DNA of 60,182 bases, the filler included. It is 5 parts of 5 records of this genome, joined end to end, with 100 filler letters (N's around TTAATTAATTAA, not from the genome) between each part and the next. Parts side by side here need not be neighbours in the genome. Positions count along the whole stretch, not along the records: positions 1 to 24,837 come from SRR31156797_588; 4 more parts are not named here. One strand, 5' to 3'. Within the stretch, counting starts at the first letter, position 1. Each line of letters begins with the position of its first letter. Of the stretch, positions 10,424-20,234 are shown piece by piece. The notes beneath the pieces are model-generated. The model did not search any database and had not been told where the DNA came from. It saw nothing but the letters and a program-made list of their open reading frames with translations. A program made the position numbers and the translations under genes.

Positions 10424-11314
10424 TTAATCATCGTCAGGATTAATCTGCACCTGTACCTCCAGCACAGTATGAAATTTATCCTGAATGGCTTCGATAATAT
10501 CATGGTCAATTTCATGACCCTCTCGTACTGATAAATCCGCATCTACTTCTACAGCCACCTCGACCAAAAGTCCTCTGCCAATTGTTCGTGCTTTGAGCCA
10601 GTTCAAATCCAGAACACCATCAGTATTAGCAACAGTCTGCTCCAAACTCTCCAGAGTGTTATCATCTGGTGCTGCATCCAGAAGCATTTTTGTACTGGAT
10701 GAAATAATTTCTAGACCTGCTTTTATTATAAATATACTAGTAATCGCCGCAGCAACAATCTCCGCATATCGAAAGATACCAATTCCTAATCTGCCTCCAA
10801 TTAGCGACAGTGTAATAGCCAGCACAGTACCAATAGTTGCAATTGTATCATTTCTATGATCTTTAGCATTTGTTATAACTGCTATGGAATTAATCTTCTT
10901 ACCTATATCCATAGTCTTTAAATATAAAAATATCTTTACCATCAGCGCAACAATAGCTGCAGTAAGTGCCCAAACACTGCCCATAGAATATGTCCCGGAA
11001 ATAATCGTATTAATAATTGAATACCACAGAAAGCCAGTACTAGCCAATATTATCAGTCCAACAACAAGACTCATTACCGGTTCCATCTTTCCGTAACCAT
11101 AGTGATAGTCTTCGTCTATAGGTTTCATTGCATACTTTATACCAAATAAAATAGCCAGAGAGCTTATAGTATCACCAGCAGAATTTACAGCATCTGCCTG
11201 CAATGCCGCAGAATTTGTCATCAGTCCAACAACACCCTTTAGTATTAACAACCCTATATTCAAAACAATAGACAGCGTAACTACTTGTTCGCCAATATCT
11301 TTCTTTCCCGTCAA
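10424..11314 (-). CDS. Cation diffusion facilitator transporter (FieF-like)
   Basis: SAALQADAVNS..D, YGYGKME, DHRND, C-terminal dimerisation domain. Confidence 0.9.
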   Translation of the reverse strand: MTGKKDIGEQVVTLSIVLNIGLLILKGVVGLMTNSAALQADAVNSAGDTISSLAILFGIKYAMKPIDEDYHYGYGKMEPVMSLVVGLIILASTGFLWYSIINTIISGTYSMGSVWALTAAIVALMVKIFLYLKTMDIGKKINSIAVITNAKDHRNDTIATIGTVLAITLSLIGGRLGIGIFRYAEIVAAAITSIFIIKAGLEIISSSTKMLLDAAPDDNTLESLEQTVANTDGVLDLNWLKARTIGRGLLVEVAVEVDADLSVREGHEIDHDIIEAIQDKFHTVLEVQVQINPDDD

Positions 11315-11466
11315 TTTCTTACCTCATTAATCTATAATATGAATTTAGATATAGATTACACTAAAATTGAAATTGGTTCAAGGGTTATTATACTTATCTA
11401 GGTTAACATTATATAATGCTATTTTTCTGTCCAGTTAATTATAACAATAACTTCTTTTTTATACTT

Positions 11467-11742
11467 TCAATTCCTCATCAGATATACACCACTATAGTTT
11501 AATTGAATATATTCTTCTAAAAGTTTTAATTTATCTTTTTCTTCTATATAATCGAATTCATCTTGAATTTCATCAAGTTTTATAATAGCCTTATATGTTT
11601 TATCCTTTAAATCATTTATATCAATAGTTATTTGATGTGTATTTACATCACTTCGTTTGTTATTAAATTGTAAATGCAAAGAAATCAATCGCTTAAAAAA
11701 CTCATAATCCTCTTCTCTAAATTCAACATGTAGGTTGTACAA
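11467..11742 (-). CDS. Hypothetical protein
   Basis: 91-aa ORF, no recognisable motif, weak start. Confidence 0.35.
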   Translation of the reverse strand: MYNLHVEFREEDYEFFKRLISLHLQFNNKRSDVNTHQITIDINDLKDKTYKAIIKLDEIQDEFDYIEEKDKLKLLEEYIQLNYSGVYLMRN

Positions 11743-11829
11743 TTATAAAGAAAAAGCGATAACCTAAAGTCTCACCTATGCTATCGCTTAAAATTATATT
11801 ATTACTATAAACCAATATAATATTATTAA

Positions 11830-12153
11830 CTATGGCTTTCCAACTAAATCTAATCCCAGTTTCAGTGTTTCTGCACCTTGTTTCCATCTGACAGCATAAG
11901 CCTCACTGCCGTTTTCGTACATAAATTAAGACGCCTGTACTTTTCTTAGTATTTCCTCCGCATTTCTTCCTACTGAATTATCGCTTTATCCAGCAACCTT
12001 TATCTCACCTTCGGAATTTACAATAAACGTTGCTCTGCATGGTAGCCCCTCTTCACCAAGAACCGTGCTAAGATATGCCGTAGGGTCTACCAGCATAGGG
12101 AATTTAATCTTCTTAATTGTTTCCGAAGTATCAGCACAAGCTTTATGTGCAAA
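11830..12153 (-). pseudogene. ahpC: Decayed AhpC peroxiredoxin remnant (C-terminal half)
   Basis: Manual translation AHKACADTSETIKKIKFPMLVDPT...RATFIVNSEGEIK..*..GRNAEEILRKVQAS*..W.QGAETLKLGLDLVGKP*; two internal stops, N-terminus missing. Confidence 0.85.
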
Positions 12154-12263
12154 TATAGCTTATTAAAGTTTGATTTCTTTAAACAATATTATTCTAATTT
12201 TATTTGTTTTTTAAGTATGCTGAAAATGTTATACTCAGAAAAGCAAAAAAGTGAGGTAGCCAT

Positions 12264-12902
12264 ATGAGTGAAAAGCAAAGACGTATATTAATGACTATTC
12301 TAGGTGTACTTACTGCTGGTTTCAGTGTAGGTATATTTAATCTTTCTATGTTTGGAATGGATCCCTTTCAAGTGTTTGCTCATGGAATTTGGGAACATAT
12401 TAATATTGGCTTTGGCACCTTCTATATGATTATCAATCTAATTATGCTTATAGCGATTTTCTTTCTAGACAAATCCAAAATCGAATTAGGAACTCTCATT
12501 AACATATTTCTGCTTGGATACGTGGTGCAGTTTTCATCATGGCTATTTATATTATTGATTCCTGAACCAAATATATTAATCAGAATAGCAGCACTTATAA
12601 TTGCAATTATAATAATTAGCTTCGGTTCAGCACTGTATTTTACAGGAGATTTAGGTGTGTCTACATATGATGCAGTAGCACTAATAATGTCAGAGAAGAA
12701 AATAGCAAAATTTCAGTATTGCCGAATAGGAACAGATTTGATTTGTACAACAACTGGCTATTTATTAGGAGCAACAATAGGTATAGGTACTTTGGTTACA
12801 GCATTATTTATGGGACCGATTATTGCATTCTTTAACAAGAGAATAGCTGAACCGTTTAGATATGGCATGAAATACGCTAAGCAAACTGATAAAGCTACAT
12901 AA
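12264..12902 (+). CDS. YczE/YyaS/YitT-family membrane protein
   Basis: GMDPF, GTLIN, IGIGTLV repeats, multiple TM helices. Confidence 0.85.
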   Translation: MSEKQRRILMTILGVLTAGFSVGIFNLSMFGMDPFQVFAHGIWEHINIGFGTFYMIINLIMLIAIFFLDKSKIELGTLINIFLLGYVVQFSSWLFILLIPEPNILIRIAALIIAIIIISFGSALYFTGDLGVSTYDAVALIMSEKKIAKFQYCRIGTDLICTTTGYLLGATIGIGTLVTALFMGPIIAFFNKRIAEPFRYGMKYAKQTDKAT

Positions 12903-13068
12903 GCATAATGCAAACAACCCATTATTCAGTAATAACATTCTACCGTAATGAACAAAATTATGTATCATCAAATGTTTAACTTATAGCACCAGATATCTGA
13001 TACTCTCTGCTTTCATCACTGAAGAATAGCTGTCAAAATATTGTTTTATTTATCTGATAACCATATTA

Positions 13069-13953
13069 TCATGGATAAACATATTGCTCGTCCAAAGGCG
13101 GAGTATCCCGTCGTATAATTATTCCGTCAGTAATAACAGGATAATCAGCATAGTCCCCATACGATTCCATTCTGATTCCATCAATAGTACCAGTTATTAC
13201 TACCCATTCATTTTCTGCAAAATCATCTGCATTTTCCACCTTTACAGGAAATCCTGCTGGAATAGCATCCGCAGCACAGCAGCTGATTATTTGTCTTGCA
13301 ACAACTATTATACCATCAGGGAAATTCTCATCTTTCATAATAAAGCCATGAACTGTCACCTTAGTACCAATCATATCCTCGAACTCATAATAAATACATT
13401 CCAAAAATTGATCCGAAGGCTGGTCTTCCCAATTGCTATCAGTCAATACGCAGGAGAGCAAATCTTCAGGGTTTTCAGTATAATCAACTAGCTTCTCTTC
13501 TTCATAGGTTTCATCTATTGCAGATATATCATCTTTATATGCATCCGTATTTTCTGTCTTTTTATTATCAGTATCTGATGAAGCAGATACTTGTTCATCA
13601 CTTACAATTTCCTCATCTTCTACAGCTTTAGCACCATACGAAATATTAACATTTTGGTTTGGCAATTGATTAATCGTACTATCATCAGGCGCAGAAGTGA
13701 ACTGCAAAAGTATTGGTACTATAAACAATAAATAACTCAATCTGAAGCTGTTCTCGCCCTTTTCCCTGTTAGCAAATATTTTCCACAGGTGATAGATAAA
13801 TAGTGTTAGTAATACCAGCAATCCAAAACCAGCTACTATTGTCATTCGTGGAGAAAGGTATAGTGCGATTTTTTGAGTGTACAACAGCTTCCCAAAAATA
13901 GATGCCAAACAGAATAAAATAAAAAGCCATATATAGTGATAATTCTTTTTCAT
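13069..13953 (-). CDS. TIGR03943/YcgQ-like permease-associated protein
   Basis: YLSPRM, ISCCAADA motif, N-terminal TM helices. Confidence 0.85.
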   Translation of the reverse strand: MKKNYHYIWLFILFCLASIFGKLLYTQKIALYLSPRMTIVAGFGLLVLLTLFIYHLWKIFANREKGENSFRLSYLLFIVPILLQFTSAPDDSTINQLPNQNVNISYGAKAVEDEEIVSDEQVSASSDTDNKKTENTDAYKDDISAIDETYEEEKLVDYTENPEDLLSCVLTDSNWEDQPSDQFLECIYYEFEDMIGTKVTVHGFIMKDENFPDGIIVVARQIISCCAADAIPAGFPVKVENADDFAENEWVVITGTIDGIRMESYGDYADYPVITDGIIIRRDTPPLDEQYVYP

Positions 13954-13954
13954 A

Positions 13955-15052
13955 TCAGCCTCCTATAAAATAGCTGGCTGCAAAGGATAATATAAAGCAC
14001 ACCACAAGTATTTTTACAACCAATTTTATTACAAATCCCTTTTTAAATGAACCAAAAAGCATCATTGTGTTTTTGATATCAATCATTGGTCCTGTTATTA
14101 AAAATGCAAGAACTGAAGCAGTTGTAAAGTGAAGCATAAAGGTACTAGCGATAAATGCATCTGCCTCAGAACACAGAGATAATACAAAAGCTAAAGCCAT
14201 CATAACCATTGTAGATATTCCTCTGCCTTCTCCTACAGAATACAGGAGGTCTTTTGGAACAAACATCTGCATAGCTGTTGCTATGAGAGCACCAAATATC
14301 AAATATGCTCCAACGCTTTTTAGCTCTATACTAGTATGTGCTATTACTGCTTCAATAGTGGATAGGAAGCTTCTCTTCTCATTTTTATGATTATGGTCAT
14401 GACAATGACAGCTATCATCGTGGTCATGATTATGGTCATGTCCGCAGCTTTCATCATGGTGATGATGCTCATGTCCGCAGCTGCATGAAGTAGCTGCAAT
14501 ACCTGGTTTTAGTACATCTTTTGAATCTCTGTCTGCTAGATATCCAATTATAATTGCACCTAAGAATCCAAATACCGCCCTATAGACTACCATCTGCGGC
14601 ATATTAGGAAAAGCATTATAAGTTGACAACAAGACCACAGGATTTACAATAGGTGTAGCAATCATAAAAGCAATTGCTGGTCCTACCGGCATCCCCTTTT
14701 TTATCAGTCCTCTGGTAATTGGTATTATTGCACATTCACATACAGGGAAAATTATCCCCAGACAGGATGCAAATATCAATCGAAGAAAATTATTTTTAGG
14801 CAGTACTTTTAGTATTGTATCTTCACTCACAAATACCTGTATTAATGAGGATATTATAGTTCCAATCAAAACAAAAGGAAGTGCCTCCAGAAGGATTGCC
14901 CATAAAATCAGGGTAGCCCCTTTCATTTTTATTTCAAATGCAGTTTCTATTTCCCCAGTTGAATATGTGTAACTTAACCAAAATACAACTAACAATATAA
15001 ATAGAAAAGTTACTATCTCTTTTATGTTAACAAACGATTTCTTATCAGACAA
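13955..15052 (-). CDS. DUF318/YcgR-like permease with His-rich loop (metal transport)
   Basis: PVCEC, SLCSEADAF, GPMIDIKN, His/Cys-rich insert. Confidence 0.88.
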   Translation of the reverse strand: MSDKKSFVNIKEIVTFLFILLVVFWLSYTYSTGEIETAFEIKMKGATLILWAILLEALPFVLIGTIISSLIQVFVSEDTILKVLPKNNFLRLIFASCLGIIFPVCECAIIPITRGLIKKGMPVGPAIAFMIATPIVNPVVLLSTYNAFPNMPQMVVYRAVFGFLGAIIIGYLADRDSKDVLKPGIAATSCSCGHEHHHHDESCGHDHNHDHDDSCHCHDHNHKNEKRSFLSTIEAVIAHTSIELKSVGAYLIFGALIATAMQMFVPKDLLYSVGEGRGISTMVMMALAFVLSLCSEADAFIASTFMLHFTTASVLAFLITGPMIDIKNTMMLFGSFKKGFVIKLVVKILVVCFILSFAASYFIGG

Positions 15053-15399
15053 TGATTGCCTCCGGTTATCTTATTCTTTTGCTTTATTGATTTGTCTATC
15101 CACCTATTTCTAAAATAGTATCTAAACATAATCATCAGCAAAATATCTACTTGCATTATAATATATCATAAATAGATATATGTCCATTACAAATGCAGAT
15201 AATTTATAATATTGTATTTTTATGGATATATCTCTAGATTATATTAAAACCAAATTATGTATAGCTATAATATAATGAATAATAAGAAAAAAAATAAATT
15301 GTGGCTATTGAGCAGATAACTATTAGTCCATAATATATTATTTTTATTTAATGCAATAAATACCTTGCACATACGTCTAATAATTAGGAGGAACAAAAT

Positions 15400-15945
15400 A
15401 TGTCAAATTTAAAAGCAAAAATGTTTAATAAAAGAGCAGAAAAAAATGCAACCGAAATCATTAGCAATATCGACATTAAGTCAGGTGATACTATCGCTGA
15501 TTTAGGTTCCGGTGGTGGTTATTATACCTATGCATTTGCAAAAATGGTAAGTCCCAGCGGCAAAGTCTATGCAGTAGACACAGATACTTCTTTATTATCA
15601 TATGTGAAAGATACTGCTGCGAAAAAGCAACTAAAAAACGTAGACACAATCAAGGCAGAAACAGACAATCCAAACCTGCCTGAAGGTAGCTGTGACCTTG
15701 TTTTTTCACGCAATGTTTTTCATCATATCGCTGACCCTGCCACTTATTTTAGACAGCTTAGCAAGAGCTTGAAGCCTGATGGTCGCATCGCAGTCATTGA
15801 TTGGAAACCGGGTGCAACCCTTTTCGCTCACAACACACCACCAGAACAGATATACAGTACTATTCACAAAGCCGGTTACATAGAGTACAAAACATTTGAT
15901 TTTCTTGAAAAACAAAGCTTTACTATATTCAAAAAAGCCAAATGA
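15400..15945 (+). CDS. Class I SAM-dependent methyltransferase
   Basis: ADLGSGGG, VYAVD, LKPDGRIAVIDW; RBS AGGAGG. Confidence 0.88.
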   Translation: MSNLKAKMFNKRAEKNATEIISNIDIKSGDTIADLGSGGGYYTYAFAKMVSPSGKVYAVDTDTSLLSYVKDTAAKKQLKNVDTIKAETDNPNLPEGSCDLVFSRNVFHHIADPATYFRQLSKSLKPDGRIAVIDWKPGATLFAHNTPPEQIYSTIHKAGYIEYKTFDFLEKQSFTIFKKAK

Positions 15946-15990
15946 TACATGCTTTGTAGTATAAGCAATATACATTTATATTATGGAACA

Positions 15991-16026
15991 AAGAGGCTGT
16001 CCCTGCAAGATCGGGCAACCTCTTTT
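15991..16026 (+). terminator. Rho-independent terminator
   Basis: AGAGGCTGTCC...GGGCAACCTCT stem followed by a T tract. Confidence 0.55.
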
Positions 16027-16198
16027 ATTGCATCTTTTGATATTCCTAGATTCCTTGAACCAGAGGCAAAAGCAGCCATCACGAAGTGACTTGGTCTCTA
16101 CTAAGCACTAAGTAAATGCTAAACTCTACAGATTGGCGGTGCTCCGATAGCTGATATTCCTGAGTTCCCATCACCGTCGGCAAGAAAGTCAAAGCATT

Positions 16199-17209
16199 TT
16201 ATTTGGGATTAGTCAAGACTGGCTGTTCATCTATCTCTTGCTTTCTAATTAAGTTCATTTCATCTCTAATTTTTTTTCCTCTAGGGGTTAATTTCCAATA
16301 ATTAGTCTTTCTTTTTTCACTATAAATTGAATTTATTAAACCTAATGCCCTGTACTGATTAAGCAATTTTTTTATTAGTAACTCATCATCAAAATATATT
16401 GATTGTTTACTTACTAACTTATTAACTATATTAGTAATTCGAAATTCACTTATTGCAATTTCTAACATATCAATTGAAATAGCAGAAAATATTGTAGTTA
16501 GTTTTAGTTTTGCACTTTTTTCTAGTTTATTCTTGTTTTTATAATAATGATATTTTATTTCAATATCCGTTTCATCAAAAGCTAGGTTATCTTGTGCTAT
16601 ATAATCTTTTATCTCTTTATTTGCTTTACCTAATTCTTCATTTATTTTAATGTTTTTTTGTTCTAAATCCATAATAACACGACGTAATGAAGCTTCATCA
16701 TATTCTACTCCCCTTTGCCATCCAGGTCGAACAATCTCCTTTTTAGCCTTCATTATAGCTATAGCTACTAATCCAGCTAATTCACCAATATCATTCCAAA
16801 TACTTACGATTCTATTATTCATTACTTTATCCCTAAATGATTCTAATCTTTTAATTTTATCTTCGTCTATATCGTATTTTGCTGGTACTAACTTTGCAGA
16901 ATCATTTATTACAAATGCAAGAATTGGTATACCTTCTTGTTTTGCATACTCATACTCCATTTCAGTATAACTGATACCTGTATTAGGATTTATACTACCG
17001 TATCTTTTACCAACTATAAGAATATAGTAATCACATAAGTCTATAACCTTTTTTATCACTTCAAATTGCTCATTATCCGTAGCAACAAAAGCCTCCATTC
17101 CAGCTGGAATACAGTCTGCTGTCAATAATATATCCATTATCTTTCGTCGTTCTTCAATAAGGTCAGAGTATGTGGAACTTATAAAAACTTGATATTTCTT
17201 TTCACTCAT
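16199..17209 (-). CDS. DUF4062 domain protein (TIR/nucleoside-deoxyribosyltransferase-like fold) with coiled coil and winged-helix-like tail
   Basis: KKYQVFISSTYSDL.EER, PAGME.F, GKRYGS, SYTEMEYEYA, RPGW. Confidence 0.85.
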   Translation of the reverse strand: MSEKKYQVFISSTYSDLIEERRKIMDILLTADCIPAGMEAFVATDNEQFEVIKKVIDLCDYYILIVGKRYGSINPNTGISYTEMEYEYAKQEGIPILAFVINDSAKLVPAKYDIDEDKIKRLESFRDKVMNNRIVSIWNDIGELAGLVAIAIMKAKKEIVRPGWQRGVEYDEASLRRVIMDLEQKNIKINEELGKANKEIKDYIAQDNLAFDETDIEIKYHYYKNKNKLEKSAKLKLTTIFSAISIDMLEIAISEFRITNIVNKLVSKQSIYFDDELLIKKLLNQYRALGLINSIYSEKRKTNYWKLTPRGKKIRDEMNLIRKQEIDEQPVLTNPK

Positions 17210-17310
17210 CTCAGTTCCCTCTATTGTATTCTAAAAATCCAAAACAAAATTATTAAATCTAGTTTTAACTATTTTGAAGTGTTTAATATTTACACAATTA
17301 TTAATAATTA

Positions 17311-17730
17311 TTAGGTTGTTACTTTGACTCTAATACTTTTCATTTCAGAATACTCACATTTAAATATTTCAAATTTAACATCTTTTATTATATACTCAAT
17401 TCCGTTTAAACTAATTGCATTGTTTACTGTAAATAAATTTAAAAACGACATAGGTAATATTTCTTCATCGTTATTATCAATTATTAAAACAATAACTTCA
17501 GGATGTTTAAATGTTACCAAGTAACCTTCAATCTCTCCTTCTGTATCATAAGTTGGTATTATATTATTTATATCTGCTGGAATGTCCATGCTTTCATCTT
17601 CACTAGTCATTACGGTCGACATATTTCTTAATAAGTAGTCAAGTTCTTGAAGTTCAAGTGGATCTTTTATATCATAACACTTTCCATTTAAAAACTTTGG
17701 GTACCATCTCATTTCATATTTATTAGTCAT
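17311..17730 (-). CDS. Hypothetical protein
   Basis: 139 aa, AT-rich, RBS GGGGA. Confidence 0.6.
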   Translation of the reverse strand: MTNKYEMRWYPKFLNGKCYDIKDPLELQELDYLLRNMSTVMTSEDESMDIPADINNIIPTYDTEGEIEGYLVTFKHPEVIVLIIDNNDEEILPMSFLNLFTVNNAISLNGIEYIIKDVKFEIFKCEYSEMKSIRVKVTT

Positions 17731-17907
17731 TTTATATCCCCATTTTTCTATATGTTAATTTTTAGTTATTATAACATAATTAACATAATATTAATATATA
17801 AAATACGGATTTAAATAGTAAATGTATCAAAATAAACTATATTGATAAATAGAAACTCATAAAACATTAGTTCCAACAATATTCCAACGCATAAACGTAA
17901 TAATATG

Positions 17908-17931
17908 AAAAAACCGCCTGTCTAGGCGGTT
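17908..17931 (-). terminator. Rho-independent terminator downstream of the tmRNA fragment
   Basis: AACCGCCT-agac-AGGCGGTT followed by T tract on the minus strand. Confidence 0.8.
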
Positions 17932-17935
17932 CATT

Positions 17936-17960
17936 TGGTGGAGGCGAGGGGAGTCGAACT
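17936..17960 (-). other. att core: displaced 3' end of tmRNA (ssrA)
   Basis: AGTTCGACTCCCCTCGCCTCCACCA = T-loop, acceptor strand with U70 and A73, CCA; no tmRNA body upstream. Confidence 0.8.
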
Positions 17961-18078
17961 CTCTCGTATATTAATCCAAGTTAATCCATATTTATATGGA
18001 TTTTTTTATTCTGAATATGTATGTTTGATTATATTTTATACATTGCGTAATAGCTGAAAGCAAAATTTGTGAAAAATG

Positions 18079-18104
18079 CGTTGGGTGGGTAGTAGCACCC
18101 AACG
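18079..18104 (+). other. Candidate rolling-circle double-strand origin hairpin
   Basis: CGTTGGGTG-ggtagtag-CACCCAACG, perfect 9-bp GC-rich stem just upstream of rep. Confidence 0.55.
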
Positions 18105-18149
18105 AGAGTACCACGGGTGGGAATAACATGGTATAAAGGACGGCGGTAG

Positions 18150-19208
18150 ATGATAGATACAATTAGGATAAAAACACATTATATATCAGATGAAGATGCT
18201 GAAAAAGTGAAGTCTAATACACGTATTTATCAAACAATAGATGGTAGTACAGGAATGATAATAAAATCTAGGTACAATACTAGGCTTAACTTAAGTACAC
18301 ATCATTACAGTGTATTTGTTATGGTATGTGATACAGAATTTCAAAAAACATTTTTACCATCAAAAAATAGAAAAGTACCTGAAATGGTGCATTGCCCACC
18401 GTATTTGATTATAGAATGTTCGTTAGCTAAGTTCTTGCAGGGTCATAATGTATATGGCGGTACTGATGATTTAAAAGAAGTAAAAATAATATTAGATTTT
18501 ATATCTGATAGTTATGGAATTAATAAATTAAATTATGAATATTGTTCGTTAGAAAGAATTGATATTTCATATTGTTATAAATTGAATGACGTTAATAGGT
18601 ATCTTGGATATTTGAAAAAAGCTTATTACCCAAGACGTGAAGAAATTACAAGGTCAAAGACAAATAGTCTTTATATACCTGGTTCAACAACAACAATTAA
18701 ATTTTATGATAAGTACAAGGAATACAAAGTACATGATTATAAGAAAACAAAGAATGAAAAAATATTGAATGCTGCGTACAATGTCTTACGTGTAGAAGTA
18801 GAAGTGAAAAAGAGAAAATTGAGAGAAATGTTTAATAACGATTTGAGGTTAAAAAATATTGATATGAAAGCAATTATTTTAAAATTTGATGAAGAAGTAT
18901 TGAAGATATACAACAGGACTGATACAAAAAAACCTGCTATTAGACATGAAAATGTTTATTTAGAACTAACCAAAGTATATGGACAAGTACAGGGCACTTC
19001 TTTATATTCAACATATATGTTATTAATAGAAAATGGTAAAGATTATGTAAGAAATTCATTAGCTAGAAATACATTTTATCGACATATGAGAATGCTTAAA
19101 GATTTGAATATCAATATATTTGCAAAAGGTGATTATCATGTATCAGAAATAGGTGATTGTGAGTTTCATTCTTTTTATCCATCATCAGCATCAGAGAGGA
19201 TTATATAA
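18150..19208 (+). CDS. Phage/plasmid replication initiator, gene II/X family
   Basis: MIDTIRI, ECSLAKFLQGHNVYG, RIDI, KFYDKYKE, LRVEV, RNTFYRH. Confidence 0.9.
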   Translation: MIDTIRIKTHYISDEDAEKVKSNTRIYQTIDGSTGMIIKSRYNTRLNLSTHHYSVFVMVCDTEFQKTFLPSKNRKVPEMVHCPPYLIIECSLAKFLQGHNVYGGTDDLKEVKIILDFISDSYGINKLNYEYCSLERIDISYCYKLNDVNRYLGYLKKAYYPRREEITRSKTNSLYIPGSTTTIKFYDKYKEYKVHDYKKTKNEKILNAAYNVLRVEVEVKKRKLREMFNNDLRLKNIDMKAIILKFDEEVLKIYNRTDTKKPAIRHENVYLELTKVYGQVQGTSLYSTYMLLIENGKDYVRNSLARNTFYRHMRMLKDLNINIFAKGDYHVSEIGDCEFHSFYPSSASERII

Positions 19209-19212
19209 TTAC

Positions 19213-19443
19213 ATGGAGAAGAATAAGTATATTGTAATTTGGTCGTATTCATATCGTTCTATATTTAATGATAATTTAATAAATACAGAGGTATATAATT
19301 GTAAATTTGTAACAAGGTCTACTATGAATAAGTATATAAAAGAACGTTTAAAAAGTAATAATATTGAGAAAAGAAAAGTTCTTTATAAAGGTTTGATTAT
19401 TAAATATGATAGGATTAAACAATCCAACGAGATTGATAATTAA
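19213..19443 (+). CDS. Small basic hypothetical phage protein
   Basis: ORF directly after rep, likely start MEKNKY. Confidence 0.5.
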   Translation: MEKNKYIVIWSYSYRSIFNDNLINTEVYNCKFVTRSTMNKYIKERLKSNNIEKRKVLYKGLIIKYDRIKQSNEIDN

Positions 19444-19465
19444 TAAAATTATAGGAGTTTTAAAA

Positions 19466-19738
19466 ATGAAAGTAGAACTAAAAGGGATTGTAGTATTTAT
19501 CGAGAAGAATGTGGAATCAACATTTAAGAATGATGATGGTACAACAACAACAAAGAATTTCGATAGGCTGACAATTCAGCAAGAGACTGGAAAACAAGCA
19601 AAGGTAAAGACTGCATGCGGTGAGTTTAAGGATCAGAAGCAATTCTCAGAAATAAAGTTATTATGTCATGTAAATAACTGGTCAATGGGGGGTCGTAGCG
19701 GTATGTCATGGCAAACTGATAAGTACAAAGGAGCTTAA
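19466..19738 (+). CDS. Putative ssDNA-binding protein (pV-like)
   Basis: 90 aa, beta-rich, RBS AGGAG, canonical position after rep. Confidence 0.6.
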   Translation: MKVELKGIVVFIEKNVESTFKNDDGTTTTKNFDRLTIQQETGKQAKVKTACGEFKDQKQFSEIKLLCHVNNWSMGGRSGMSWQTDKYKGA

Positions 19739-19741
19739 TTA

Positions 19742-19882
19742 ATGGAAAGCTACTATGCTAATGATTTCATAGTTCAGTTTTTACAAGGAATATACACTCA
19801 ATTAAATATACTTATTGCCTGTGTAATAATTGGAATTTTGATATATTGCTTAGGCTATATAATCCGTGTATTTATGAGGTGA
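19742..19882 (+). CDS. Small single-TM protein, pVII/pIX-like (not in ORF track)
   Basis: 46 aa MESYYANDF...ILIACVIIGILIYCLGYIIRVFMR; RBS AAGGAG. Confidence 0.7.
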   Translation: MESYYANDFIVQFLQGIYTQLNILIACVIIGILIYCLGYIIRVFMR

Positions 19883-19884
19883 TT

Positions 19885-19974
19885 ATGAGTTATTTATTTT
19901 ATCTAACAATTTTTGCAAATCCTATATTAATTATATCAATTATTGTAAAAATGCTATCGATTAAAAAGAGGTAA
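19885..19974 (+). CDS. Tiny single-TM protein, pVII/pIX-like (not in ORF track)
   Basis: 29 aa MSYLFYLTIFANPILIISIIVKMLSIKKR; RBS GAGGTG; fills the gap between neighbours exactly. Confidence 0.6.
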   Translation: MSYLFYLTIFANPILIISIIVKMLSIKKR

Positions 19975-19976
19975 TT

Positions 19977-20225
19977 ATGGAAACTACAGTAGAAACAATC
20001 ATTGTATATCTTACACCTGAACCAACAGCAATACCTACACCAACACCGACATTTACACCATTACCATCATATACACCTTTGATAACTGATGTTGTAGAAG
20101 ATTTGAAAAGTGTTTATGATTCTATGAGTATTCCAATGCTTAATATGGCATTTTGGATATTTATGATTTCATTAGTAATTGGTATAGCAGTATTAATAAT
20201 TAAGGTTGTATTATCACAAAGATAA
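19977..20225 (+). CDS. Pro/Thr-rich single-TM phage protein
   Basis: TPEPTAIPTPTPT repeat, C-terminal TM; RBS GAGGT. Confidence 0.7.
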   Translation: METTVETIIVYLTPEPTAIPTPTPTFTPLPSYTPLITDVVEDLKSVYDSMSIPMLNMAFWIFMISLVIGIAVLIIKVVLSQR

Positions 20226-20234
20226 GGATTATAT

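Noticed and set aside
14380-14490. Repeated CATGAC/CATAAT-type units as a tandem repeat or CRISPR
   Set aside because: They encode the His-rich loop of the permease; no CRISPR array or cas gene was seen anywhere in the window
17936-17960. Intact tRNA-Ala or tmRNA gene (also at 60152-60176)
   Set aside because: Only the T-loop and acceptor 3' strand are present; no 5' half or pairing T-stem strand upstream
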